A stretch of DNA of 64,000 nt from Camelus dromedarius (taxonomy: Eukaryota), in the NCBI RefSeq assembly GCF_036321535.1, contig NC_087437.1, forward strand, positions 116,996,001-117,060,000, read 5' to 3'. Below are positions 12,901 through 62,209 of the stretch, one piece after another. The position numbers were made by a program, and so were the translations under genes. Positions within the stretch are counted from its first letter, which is position 1; every line of letters begins with the position of its first letter. The notes beneath the pieces were generated by a model. It had not been told where the DNA came from. It did not search any database and saw only the letters and a list, made by a program, of their open reading frames with translations.

Positions 12901-15900
12901 GAATAAACACGAAGGTAATCTGACCCACACTGTGCTCAAAAATGCCTTCTCAAAAATTATACCTTCCAAATCAATCAGTTACAGAAACTTCTCGAACAGT
13001 GAAACCACATTTCAACACAGACATCTGGGATTTACAGCACTGCTCTATCGTGACAAGACATGAACAAAACATTCTCCAAGTTACAGAAGTGTGTCTGGAA
13101 GAAGGGGTGACAATCAAACTGCCAGACCTTTATTTAGAGAAAAAAGGTGCTCCACATGCTGCTTAGGTTTTACACGCACACCACACGTTCATGTTTGTTA
13201 TTGAGTTCATTATAATAACTCAGCTATTAAGTCAATGAGATAAATCCTTACCTTAACCAAACCTTTCAGGCTTCTGGATGAAAGTACAGGCTTAAAGGCT
13301 TCCACTGTAATCAAGTCTAACTTCATCACATCAGTGTAACACAGGTACAGCACTGCAGGGATCTTCCATACTTGACAATAACTCAGAACTATGAATATAC
13401 AAGAGAAAAAATCACTTACATTTTCTGTTGTATGATTTTAAAATTAAACACCTCTAAATCATAAAGGTTGCTTTTAAAAATAATTGTCTCTGTTGTCTCT
13501 CTTAAAGCATTTATTGCCATTTTGAACCAATTATAATGCATATTTTCTTTCAAAGCCAATTTATTTTCCTAAGTAATCTCTTGCTTCTGCAAGTATTATG
13601 TTTATTTTGCATTTCCTGAACATACTGCAGAGACACATTTATGTTAGCTACAGGATTAAAATTTTGTGGACTAAAGTAAAGTAAATAATAAAGATATAAT
13701 GTATAATGTAAAATATTTAGCCACTTATTCTGGTAAACTTAACATCTAAAATTAAAAAAACCTATTACTTGTTAATAACAATGAATTCTAAAAAACATTT
13801 TTAAATTCTTAAAAAAACAAAACAATGAATTCTGTATGATAACACATTAACCACTGAAAAGTGACAATCATAATTTGATATGATGTCAGGGTATAACTGG
13901 TAACAGGAATTAAAAATAAACTATTAAAGCAGCCACCACAATTCCGGGGGGGTGAGGTGGTGGGCACAGCTCAGTGGTGGAGCACACGCTTAGCATCTAC
14001 AAGGTCCTGGGTTCAATCCCCAGTCCCTCCATCAAAAAATAAAATAAATTACTTTTTTAAAAAGCAACTACCAAAATTCAGTATCTGAAACTTCTATTTT
14101 GACAATTAAAACACTCTTTACCAACTTTTCATATACAGTAATTTATGTCTAACACTGTCTTGCATGATGAGTTATCAGAGGCCAAAAAGAAACAGCAACT
14201 CTGAAGCTCTGAAGAGTTAATAACTCTTAGCTGCTCTCACATGATAACTGTTTGGAAAGTTTTAAGACTCAAACCAGATAAAAAGTCCAGCAACTATAGA
14301 TGCTGAGGATTACCAGCAATACATTGGTATCAACCATCATTAACAAACTAGCTCAGAAAGATCTCCACCAGTCAAAGAAAGAACTAAAAACAAAGCAAGA
14401 ACAAGACGTCATGTACACATTGCGAACTGTGACACCACCTGCAGCAGGAAGGTCATGCACAATATTCGGTTGTTCTAGCAGTGAACAGCACAGCGGCTCT
14501 CGGAAATTCTGCGTTTTTAGGGCTTTCAGGAAAGGAGTGTGAAGGCTGCTAGTTGATTCTGCAGTTTTATAGTCAGTAACGTGTCGACACGTGAGAACAG
14601 TTACTTGCATATTCTTCCTTGAACATGAGCCAAAAACCTAATACAAAATTGATTGCAAGTTAAAATACACATGTAATTTTGTCCTGGAATAGAAACATCC
14701 CTCCAATTGTTTACTTAACACCACTCACAGGATACACATGCCTCACAGGGGTGGAAGTGCCCACAGAGAAACAGAACCCACACTTTGCCACCCCCTCACT
14801 TGGGTTTGATCTTAATTCTGTCACCTTCCGGTTGGGTGACCTTCTCCCAGTCACTGTCCTCATCTGTGAACTAAGGACAGACCAGCTGCCTGAGGGAGTG
14901 TGACCTGCAGTTAAGGAAGTCAGGAGCGAAGACAGCAGAGCAGCTGTAACAGCAGCCAGGGATGCCACCCACAGGCAAGCCGGTCACTCAGCCATGAGCA
15001 CCTGTTAGTGCGCGCCCTCGCCTCCCGCCAATGACAGCTGCAAATGATTCTTTCCGTTTTGTTCTGGTTTGTTTCCTTTCTGAGAGCGCTACTTGCAAAC
15101 AGTATTGAGAACAGTGTTGCAGTGAATGGAAGTGACACCCACTCTTTATTGGATGTAGTGACGTGATTAAGATCTCTTTTAACACAGATACCTCTAAGAA
15201 CCCTAATTTAGACTAGTGTTGTATCAGCAACAGAAAGTGTCCCCCTTTCTCTAATGCATGTATTGATGGGCCCGAGAACACTGTACTAAAGATGCTGCTA
15301 AGACCATCTCTTGCAAGCTGCATTCATAACAGTGTTGTATCAGTGTAAATGATTCTTAAATACATTTTAAGTTTATTTCAATTGTAGGCAAGTTTCAAGC
15401 ACTCGAGGCCTCAATGTCCTCCTAAGCTGGTATGTCATGGGTATCTGAGGACGCTTCCAGCTTTTAAAATCTACGGTGACGTGAAAAAAAGCAGCCATCT
15501 TTTAAGGAAAAAAGGAATAGATTTTAGGTCACTGCGCCTCGTTTGAAAATATTTTATGAAGAGAAGAAAATGGCAGGGAACAGAAAATTTTATATTATGT
15601 ATCATAAATGATTTATAAGGCTACTTTCATTATTGTGCAGCTCTGCAAATAAACACAAAAGTTAACACCGTACACATTTACCAGCAGGTGCGTCCTAAGA
15701 GATACAACATCACTCACAAGGCCTGATTTACCATCCTCCCTAAAACACTTATAGTCTGAAGCCAAAACATTTGACAATTCTGTTCAACTGTGTGCGATTA
15801 TCAGGATTATGTGGCTGACATGAACCAAACAGCAGAGGGCCCCAAAGAGTATTATCTCCAGGGAAAAAACCTAAAAATTTTTGTTTTGGAAATGGATAAT

Positions 15901-16304
15901 TTTAAATTTTTTCAAGTCAGGAGGAGAAAAGCTGTTCCATACTACAAAAATAATAAAACATTCTACATTCACAGTACAAATTAAAACAATAGCTGCCTAC
16001 CCTTCTGAGATCTGCTGAAAGCTACAGACTTTCTAGAAAAATACACACATAAAATCACACAAACTACCATCAGAAGGTTCACAGGTCTTATTAAACAATT
16101 CCTCATTTAATATAATGCATTTAATAACTTTTACTAAATGTTTCTAAGAATACCAGTCTAGTTTCAAATAGGTGTACACCAAATTCCTATTGCTTAGGGA
16201 CTTAATTGTAGTATCTATCTACAAAACACCTGCTTCTATGGCTGAAGCATTATGCTGTACACTACAAACTGACACAACATTGTAAACTGACTACACTTCC
16301 ATAA

Positions 16305-16368
<64 letters not shown>

Positions 16369-19300
16369 CTGTTTCATGTGGATAATTTCAAACAAAATAA
16401 TAAGGGAAAAATCCAACTGTTTTATGTTTCTATGACCCACAACTTTCAGCACATTCTGATTACATCTGCCAAATGAGTCCTTTTATTCTTTGTATCCTGT
16501 GACAAATTCCCACAATATTTTTAAGGGAAAAAGCAAGTATTTCCTCCGTTTCAGTATCTGGCTACATAGGTTTAAGTGTAAAGACACTGAACCTTGTAAG
16601 GTGGCAGCCCCTGCAGTCTCACCAGCCACCAGGCTTCGTCTCTCTTACCTTTTCCAGCCACTGAAACTGCTGATCTTCAGCGACGTAGCAGCTGCACTGA
16701 CAGAGCAAAACCTGCAAATCATATCCCAAGTTCTTCATCAGGTCAAATAAATGTTACACACGCTCCAAACTGTCATCACATACGTATCATGTGAATCCTA
16801 ATACAATCTTTGGATAACACTTGTTTTGCTTTATTTGCTATTGGCGTATTTATTTTCCTTTGAAATTTAAAATTTAAGAATCAAGCCACTACTTGTGATT
16901 AGCATCAGAATAAAGTGCACACTGAGAGCAACCACGAGGGCCGGCACTGGAGACTCTGAAGATACCACCAGTGAATAGTACCAGAATCCTCTTTATAAAA
17001 CAGACAGTACCAGTCCTGCTGCCCTTCTTGGGGTCACACACTGTGCAGACCAAACTCAGAAAGCATTACAAAAACATGAGGTGCTGTCAGAGAAACGAAA
17101 GCAGCCTGACAGCACCTCAGCCCAAGCAGTGTCCTAAAACAGTAATGATGTCTGTGAAGATGGTATTTTAGAAACCAAGTTCCAGGCCATACGCTCGAAG
17201 TTAAAAAACTTGCAATGCCACATTGCCATCAAAGAATGAGATTCCTGATTATTAATGCTCATGGGATGTTATTATCCAGAGAAGTCAACCATGTCTTCCA
17301 TTAAAATATTGCCAGAAACACTAACACTTAACAACACAAAGGAAGCACAAGAGGGAAAAAAGGGGCCCAGGGACAGGGGAGGGGAGAAGACTGGATATAC
17401 AGTCAGCTACACACATGGGTTCTGAACAAGCAAGAGACACCTAACCAATCAATGGCATAACTAAACGCAGTAACAGAAATTTCTCCTACTTGACCTTCAC
17501 AGTCTATTCGAGAGTGAACACTTTCCATTAAGGATCAGATAAAGAACATGCTTAGCTTCCTTACTATTTATTTCCTACAATACTGGATGTTTACAAAAAT
17601 CTTTATGTAAACTTCAGTAACTTTAGATCACATGTTACAGGAACAAACTGTAAGTCTTATGAAAGCAAGTTTTGCAGTTCCCAAGGCTAACATTCGGTCC
17701 TTACTGTTTGAGATAAGCAACATTATAAGATTAGGGGACTACTGACTTCTTCCCTTGTGCGAGCCCTGCCCCTGGCCCCTGACCCAGCGTTCAGCAGCTG
17801 TGACAGGTGCTCTGTCAGACAAGCAGATGCGGAGACATACATCACCTGCCTGGTTACCTCACCTGCCTGACCTGCCTCCCAAACTGCCCCAAGATGCTGC
17901 TTTCCCTGAATGGAACCAAGGTTAAGATTAGGAAAATGTGATCCAATGAAACCACTCAGCACCAGCTACAGAGTATCTTTTATAACTTAAAAAATCCAGA
18001 TGAATCAGATTAGGATGAAAAGTTGACATCAACAGAACTGTATATAGAATGCATAAGGCACTCATTTTGTTCAGTATTAACTGAGTTTCTGGGATGTCCC
18101 AGGCATTGGTTAAATCCTGGGTAAACAGCCACAAAGCAGGACTCCCTGCTTCTACAGTGTGAACACGCTTAAAGTTGCCAGCTTAAATAATTTTTTGAAC
18201 AAAGGCAAGGTTTAGATATCTAATGTTTATGGTTTGTTTCTAAAAAATTTATCTCACAATTTCCTCAGAAGTTTACCAACACACTGTACAAGTCACATTA
18301 ATATTTATACAAACAAAAAAGTGGGGTTACTACCACTGCCTACAGGCAGAATTCCTCAGCCCAAAAGCAGACACTAAGGAACAAGGACTTCACATGAACA
18401 GTACATAAAGGATGCCTAGGTACCTACTACATGAACATACAAGTTAGGTCCCACATACCGAGGGATTCGATTTTAGATGATAAAACACACAAAAAGCTTC
18501 TGTTGGGGACAGATGTATAGTATCCGTTGTCCTACACCATTCGTTCCAGAGTTTAGCACAACCAACTTCTTCCCAGACTCCTGAGTTCATGATAAATGAT
18601 GACACAAATGCTGTGAAAAATAATTCACATAAGTTAGTGTTTGGTTCCACAAGTGGCACTTTCTATTCACTAAAAAATAAATCCAAGTTATTCTAGAATC
18701 TTAAGAGTTAAAAGAGCCATTCAAGACCATCAGCCTTACACCACCATCCTGCAGAAAAGGAAACTGAGGTCTCAAGAAGGTAAAGGCCTTGCCCTGAGTA
18801 CAGACAATATTGGAACCAGGAACTGAGAAGACAGTTTTAGGGACAGACTTGACCATAATCTCACCATGTAACACTCTTCTGGAAAACATCAGGCCAGGAG
18901 AACTTTATGTAAATGAGTCAGCAGTTACTTACCACGTACCAGCACTAGGGATGCCTTCCAGGGCAATAAACCTCAACCGGAGTTCTCCAAGGCTCTCCTC
19001 TGAGCCCGCGAACCCCCGAAAATTACACAGGTTTGTGTCCTTGTACCTGCGTGTGTGTGCTGTTCTAGCTGAACTCTTCACCCTTCTGACTTTAACCTAT
19101 TAAATGCATTCATGCATCTAAAGATCTCAGAGATTAAGTACTGAAAAATGTAGCGATAATAATTGTTATTTTTAGAGTTCTCATTATGTTCTCAAAGGAA
19201 CCTGTTAGTTCAAAAACATTCAAGAGCCGCTGCTACCAGGGAGCCGTGTGCACATGCCTCCTGTCCCTCCCAGGCAAAACAGGCAGAGAAGCGTAAGGAA

Positions 19301-20975
19301 ACCTGGACACTGGAAACAGTGCGTTCTTGAGTTTGTAAGTTCCTGAAGCCAAGAACATTCCCTTTAAATCTTATTTTTTAAGTTAACCAAAAAAAAAACC
19401 AAAAACAAAAACAGGGCCACATGAGCAGGGACAGATTTCAGTCAGATACAGTTACTCAGCTATGACTTTTTCTGCAAAGGTAACAGACATTTGAAATCTT
19501 TTATGATGGAGTACATAAGTAACTTCAGATTTTGCGCTTTCAACAAAATGTGTAATCAAAACCATTTCCACTTACCTACTGCATTATTTCCTATAGCAAT
19601 TATAAACTTGGAGCAAGGATATTTTTCCAGCAGAGAAACTTCCAAAGATGTTTTTGTTTGTCTTCGAAGGAGCCGCACCTCCCTAACACGAGAAACAAAA
19701 GACATATCTAAAGCAATTTAAACATACTTAGTAACTTATTATGACAAAGAGGATACTGTATGTGTGATTTTGTAGTAAGTAAAATGCAAACTTTAATTTT
19801 ATAAAGAACATAATTATAATCCTAAGGAGCTAATGGATTCAGTCAACGTCGACTAACAGGTAAAAGCATGCGATGCAAAGTTCATGAGGAACTGGACCGG
19901 AGGGACCAGGCTGTCCAGCTGACACGCTGATCAATGCATCTCAGCAGCCCTAAAAGTAGGACGACCGGGCATAGCGTGCATTAACGAACAGCAAGCACCA
20001 TCTCCGAGGCACTGCTGCCAGCAGCACCCTGACCAAGGCTCTAGAAGGAAATTCCCTTTACAGGAAACGCAGGTGATGGACACACGTCTGCACAAATGAC
20101 GCCAAGAGGAGGCGAGCAGACGAATCTAGAGCCGGCGTGGGACACCCTACAGGACAATCAGTCTCTCGGCAGAGGTGAAAAAGGAGGGGGGCTGCCCTAA
20201 GTGAAAGTAAGCTAGAGACAAAATGTGGGCCTTGGCAGGATTCTGATTTACAGAAACCCACTGCAAAATGCCATGTCTGAGACAACTGGATAAACCTGAT
20301 CATGGACTGGCTACTAAATAGTATCCCCAAAGTATTATTGTGTCGGGGTGGTGACAGCATTCGTAAGAAAATTCCTAGATCGTCTGAGACGCAGTCTGAA
20401 AACTGCAGGCGTGAAAGGCCACGGCGACTGGGGCTCTCACCTCAGGGGTGGTGGGAGATAAAATGTGGCAAAAGCCTCATAACTGTTGAATTTACGTGAC
20501 TGGAAGGGGCGAAACTGTTATTTTACTATTTTCTCCAATTTCTGTGTTTGGAAATAGTACTTAAAAAAAAAAAAAACCTATCTATCCATCTGCTACTGAC
20601 AGAGAACGTTAACTGAAGTGCGGGGCGGGGAACGAAGTTTCAAGAGTCGTCTGACGTCCAAGAGCCAGACAGGCGAACCCGCGCACCGGGAGACGCACCG
20701 CGCCCGCAGGGAGCGAGCGGCACCCACGCGGCACGAAGGGAGAAGCCGCCCCTCCGCCGAGCCCGCCGCCGCCTCCACGCCCGGGGCCGGTTCCGCCCGG
20801 GCAGAGCGCGGCCGCCAACCGCGCCGCCGCGCCCGGGACCTCACCTCTTCCGCGCCAGCTGCCGCCGGACCTCCCTGTCTTCAGGCGTCTCCCGCCTCCC
20901 CTCCTCGTCCTCCTCCTCGTCCTCGGTCCCGGCTCGGCAAGGCGCCCGCACCACCTCCCCGAAGAACGTGGCCAT
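9834..20975 (-). CDS. PSMG1: Proteasome assembly chaperone 1, complete spliced CDS: join(20975-20845, 19682-19576, 18610-18459, 16711-16649, 14637-14439, 13388-13252, 9908-9834); 864 nt, 287 aa
   Basis: Seven GT-AG exons with compatible phases translate [22 protein letters not shown]...[24 protein letters not shown]. This matches human PSMG1/PAC1 as recalled. The position immediately downstream of BRWD1 matches known synteny. Confidence 0.97.
10645..11655 (+). mobile_element. Young 5'-truncated L1 with perfect 16-bp TSD (aaattttccctttaaa, 10629-10644 and 11656-11671)
   Basis: Near-intact ORF2 C-terminal translation ([12 protein letters not shown]...WKQPKCPS...SLICGI), poly(A) tail and TSD. 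Confidence 0.95.
11800..12830 (+). mobile_element. Degenerate Mutator-like (MULE) DNA transposon remnant
   Basis: FLYWCH-like peptide [32 protein letters not shown]; imperfect inverted repeats 11871-11904 and 12749-12782. Confidence 0.6.
13252..13388 (-). CDS. PSMG1: PSMG1 exon 6 (137 nt)
   Basis: [45 protein letters not shown]; atag| and |gtaagg. Confidence 0.96.
13945..14060 (+). mobile_element. tRNA-derived SINE with diverged 19-bp TSD
   Basis: A and B boxes; aaagcagccaccacaattc (13926-13944) vs aaagcaactaccaaaattc (14061-14079). Confidence 0.85.
14439..14637 (-). CDS. PSMG1: PSMG1 exon 5 (199 nt)
   Basis: [24 protein letters not shown]...[14 protein letters not shown]; ttag| and weak |gtggtg donor. 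Confidence 0.94.
16238..16363 (+). repeat. Very short L1 3' tip whose tail has become a (TA)n microsatellite
   Basis: tgacacaacattgtaaactgactacacttcc followed by a (TA)n run at ~16308-16363. Confidence 0.85.
16649..16711 (-). CDS. PSMG1: PSMG1 exon 4 (63 nt, phase 0-0)
   Basis: [21 protein letters not shown]; gcag| and |gtaaga. Confidence 0.95.
18459..18610 (-). CDS. PSMG1: PSMG1 exon 3 (152 nt)
   Basis: [29 protein letters not shown]...HLKSNPS; acag| and |gtatgt. Confidence 0.96.
18715..18850. mobile_element. MIR fragment
   Basis: cagaaaaggaaactgaggtctcaagaaggtaaaggccttgcc core motif. Confidence 0.6.
19576..19682 (-). CDS. PSMG1: PSMG1 exon 2 (107 nt)
   Basis: [35 protein letters not shown]; ttag| acceptor, |gtaagt donor. 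Confidence 0.96.
19750..20575 (+). mobile_element. Old L1MC/ME-type 3' end in PSMG1 intron 1
   Basis: ctgaccaaggctctaga...tttacaggaaa...gggacaccctacaggacaa; atgtggcaaaa..ataactgttgaa. Confidence 0.55.
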
Positions 20976-21520
20976 CACCTCCCTCACCTTCTGCTAACTG
21001 CGGCGCCACAGGAAGCGCATGCGCCTTGCGCACGCGCCCCTGAAGGCCGCCGGGCACACCCCGCACGCCACGCCCCTAAACAACGCCACGCCCCCAAGCA
21101 ACGCCACGCCCCCCCCTACGTCCCCGCGCATGCACTCATGGCAAACCCAGCATTTTTTTTCCGCCCCGCAGCGGGGCCACCGAGAAATCGGATGACTCCA
21201 GGCTAGAGAAACAAGACACTAGAGGCGGGCCGGGGGTGGGGGTTGGGGGGGTGCGGGCAGGGGGCGGGGCCTCCTGTCCTGGCAGGTAACGGACTTGCGG
21301 AGAGAAGGTGTTCAGCCGCCGCGGCCCCTGCCTGACGCTGCAGGAAGAGGCCAGCCCGGTTGCCTTTCCTTCCTTAACTCCTTCTCCGTTTTGTTCTCTG
21401 TTAGGAGTGACAGGGTGAGCTTTGGTTTATTAAGCACCCGGCTCCAAACTGCGACCGCCCCCAGGTAGGTGCCGGCTCCCGGGCCCGGCGCGTCCTCGGG
21501 ACAGTGGACAGAGTGCGGGT
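20600..21520. promoter_or_regulatory. CpG island / PSMG1 promoter
   Basis: Very GC- and CpG-rich stretch spanning exon 1. Contains NRF1 palindrome GCGCATGCGC (21015-21024), GCCACGCCC x3 (21065-21112) and GGGGCGGGGC (21261-21270). Confidence 0.9.
20845..20975 (-). CDS. PSMG1: PSMG1 coding exon 1 (131 nt)
   Basis: ATG at 20975-20973; [43 protein letters not shown]; donor AG|GTGAGG. Confidence 0.95.
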
Positions 21521-24481
21521 GGTAGGGCAGGAAGAAATACATTGCTTCGTGATGCTGTAAAAATGAGCCTTTACTCTGGCAATAGGAAATCATATTTCAA
21601 AATTTGATGATTGTCAAGCTGATCTAAAAGATTTCATGAGAATGCAAAAATAGTTGCTGCTTTTTTAAAACCTGGCCATTTCTAGTACAAAATTTGCTTT
21701 CTCTTTAAATAGCCTCTCAGTAATAAGCAAAGTATGTAATGGTTTTTGAATTGGTTCTCATCTTTCAAATTTGCTGAAACACAAAGTTAACGGAGCACTA
21801 ATCCAAGCAGGAGAGGAAAGGGGACACTGTAACATAGTTTAAATGAAAATATCGAATATTGCAACGAAAAAAATAGCATTTACCTAGATTTAGTTGTGCT
21901 GAAACTAGAGGGCATTGCTTACATTCTGGAACCCTATCAATAGTCACAAAGTTAAGTACTGATTTAGGATTAGGAAGCCTCGAGATGAAAAAAAATCTCA
22001 GAAATCTGTTGCTGGAAACATCTTGTTTTAAGGTGTGGGTAAACAATGATCAACAAATGCATTTACATAAAATTAGTATTTAGCAACTTTGCGCATTACT
22101 GCAAAATAATATATTGGGTTTTGAAGCAAAATTTGAACATTTAAGGATAAACAATACGACCAATTGACCAAATAAGATTATAACAGTAAGAGCTTAGGAA
22201 ACTTTGGGTATAGTTAGTGAGCTAGGAATAAACGAGATTACCAGTGCAATATTTTAAAACTGCGTTAAGACTCCTGGATTTATAGAATGACAATTGCAGA
22301 ATAAAAGTTTGGGTATCACTTTGTCTTAGTCCTTTTGTTGAATAAAATAACTTCATTTTTACCAGGAAGATCCTCAATTTGATTTCAGTTACATTATGAA
22401 GAAATCATTTCTGTAAAGCCAATTAAAATTATAAATAGGGTAATAATAGTACATTTGGCCATGATTAAAATTCTGCATACATTTCAGACAGTTTTACAAG
22501 AATGTTAAGTCTTAAACAAATGCTTATTTCATGTTGTTAAAATAAAATTAGGCCAAGCACTTAAAAATAGGCAAGTATATGTTCAAATTAAATACTAAAT
22601 CAGAAAAAGGATTCCACTATGAAAGAAGGCTGATGATACTATCTCAAGTACTGACAGAAATTAACCCCAAATGAAATCAAAATGAAATCTTCATGACACT
22701 GAAACTGTCAAAAATTTTGCATAAAATACTCTTGAGATTTTAACATTTTCATTTTATGGCATTTGTTGAGGACATAACATACCCAATAAGAAGTTTCTAT
22801 GAAATTAAGTGTAAAGATGGGACCGGAAATAGGTTTAAACACTTTGTTAAAGATCAGAAATCAAACCCCATGCACCTAAAAATATTAGCAGTTTATTAGG
22901 AATTCTTCCCTTTCTCATCTGTACTAGTAACAAGATACTAGTATCAGTATTTCAGACAAAAACAGACTATAAACAGAGCAAAGAACAGACTCCATAGGAT
23001 AGAAATATTCTGGCTTATGCAAAGAAAAAGAAAACAAAAAGCCTGTTTTTAAGCAGACATGCAACCACAAACAAATTTCTCAAGTAATCAAGACACTTGG
23101 TTGAGCTGTATAACCAAAAAATATGCATTACATTAGTCTTTTGACGAAAAAGGAAAAGAAACCCTTAGGTTTCTGTTTTACTTTTTCAGATATACACATG
23201 CAAATCATATATTAATATTCACAGATATTTTTTAATGGGAAAAAAACTAGCTTATAACAATTCATTTTTCCAATAGTTACTATGTTAAAAAGATTTGACA
23301 GTGCGTTCATTTAATCTGGTGAATTTTCATTTCAACAAATACCCATTAACAACAAATTAAATCTCATTGCAAAGAAATTCTTTATAGTATCAAGACCAGA
23401 TTTTCTAATCCTAGTGAAGGCCACAATGAAAAAGCCCAGACATGCTGCCATTAAAGTTTGTTGTGATGAGATTGTAATAAATTTTCTCAAAGTATTCACA
23501 AAGTTCTAACTTTTTAAGGTGCTGAAGAGAAACATAAGATTTGACTATCATCTAAAAATATGACTGTTTTGATCTTACTCTATACTTTTTATTTTCTAAC
23601 TGATTAAAACTAAGACCTGCCTCATACTGAGGCACATTTTGGCATCTTTGTAAATGCTGCTACGTGAAAGTAAAAATGAGAAAAAGAAGTTGATAGTCAC
23701 ATTCATAGCTTTCATAGAAAAATATATATTCCCTGAATTAGTCATATCAAGTGGTCATCATTCAGTATGAATTCCAATATTATAAACAAAATAAGACATT
23801 AATGGATTTTTTCTATTTCCAGCACTCTATCTCAGAACTCATTTATCAATATCCCCGTCTTTGAATCCCCGGTCCTTCTAGTTGAAGTGGTTTTTGACTT
23901 TTGGGGTTGCGAATTATAGGGACTGGATCTTGTTAAAGTATTTGCTTCACTCAAAAGATATACTCAATGGCACTTCCTCTTGAAATGTGCCTAATTTTTC
24001 CCCCCTCTTATTTCAGTAAGGACACCCATAGTCATGGTGACCTGAATTTTTATACTTTAATGCAGAACCCTGAAAATTAGCATCAGGTTGATGTTTTGAA
24101 ATGTTTTCAGTCCTTGAAGTTTTCGCTACAGACCCTGTACACTTCCCATTATTTTCTTCCTCTAAGGAATCAAGAGATTTCTTCACAGCCCTTCCTTTCT
24201 GAAAAGGAATAAGCTCAGGACATGCCATTTCTCTTTTCTTTGTGCCTCTGCAACTACAGGCTCCGTGATCTAGTTCCACCTCACAGTTGTCTGTAGGGTG
24301 TGTCTGTACAGGGCTGACTAAGAGGACACTGTCCTCCCACTTGGACCCACTGGGTTATGGCTTTTAGAAAATTCCTCAAAAGGTGCCAACAAGGGATTAA
24401 TGTTAGAGCTAGGAGCAGAATGCAACTGCTGGTTTATTGTGGCCCCTGATTCTCAATTCCACTTCTACATTTTCATAGTCA

Positions 24482-62209
<37,728 letters not shown>

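Noticed and set aside
20593..21066. Pro/Arg/Ala-rich ORFs over the CpG island
   Set aside because: GC-rich DNA lacks stop codons; the true frame is PSMG1 exon 1, which splices at 20845
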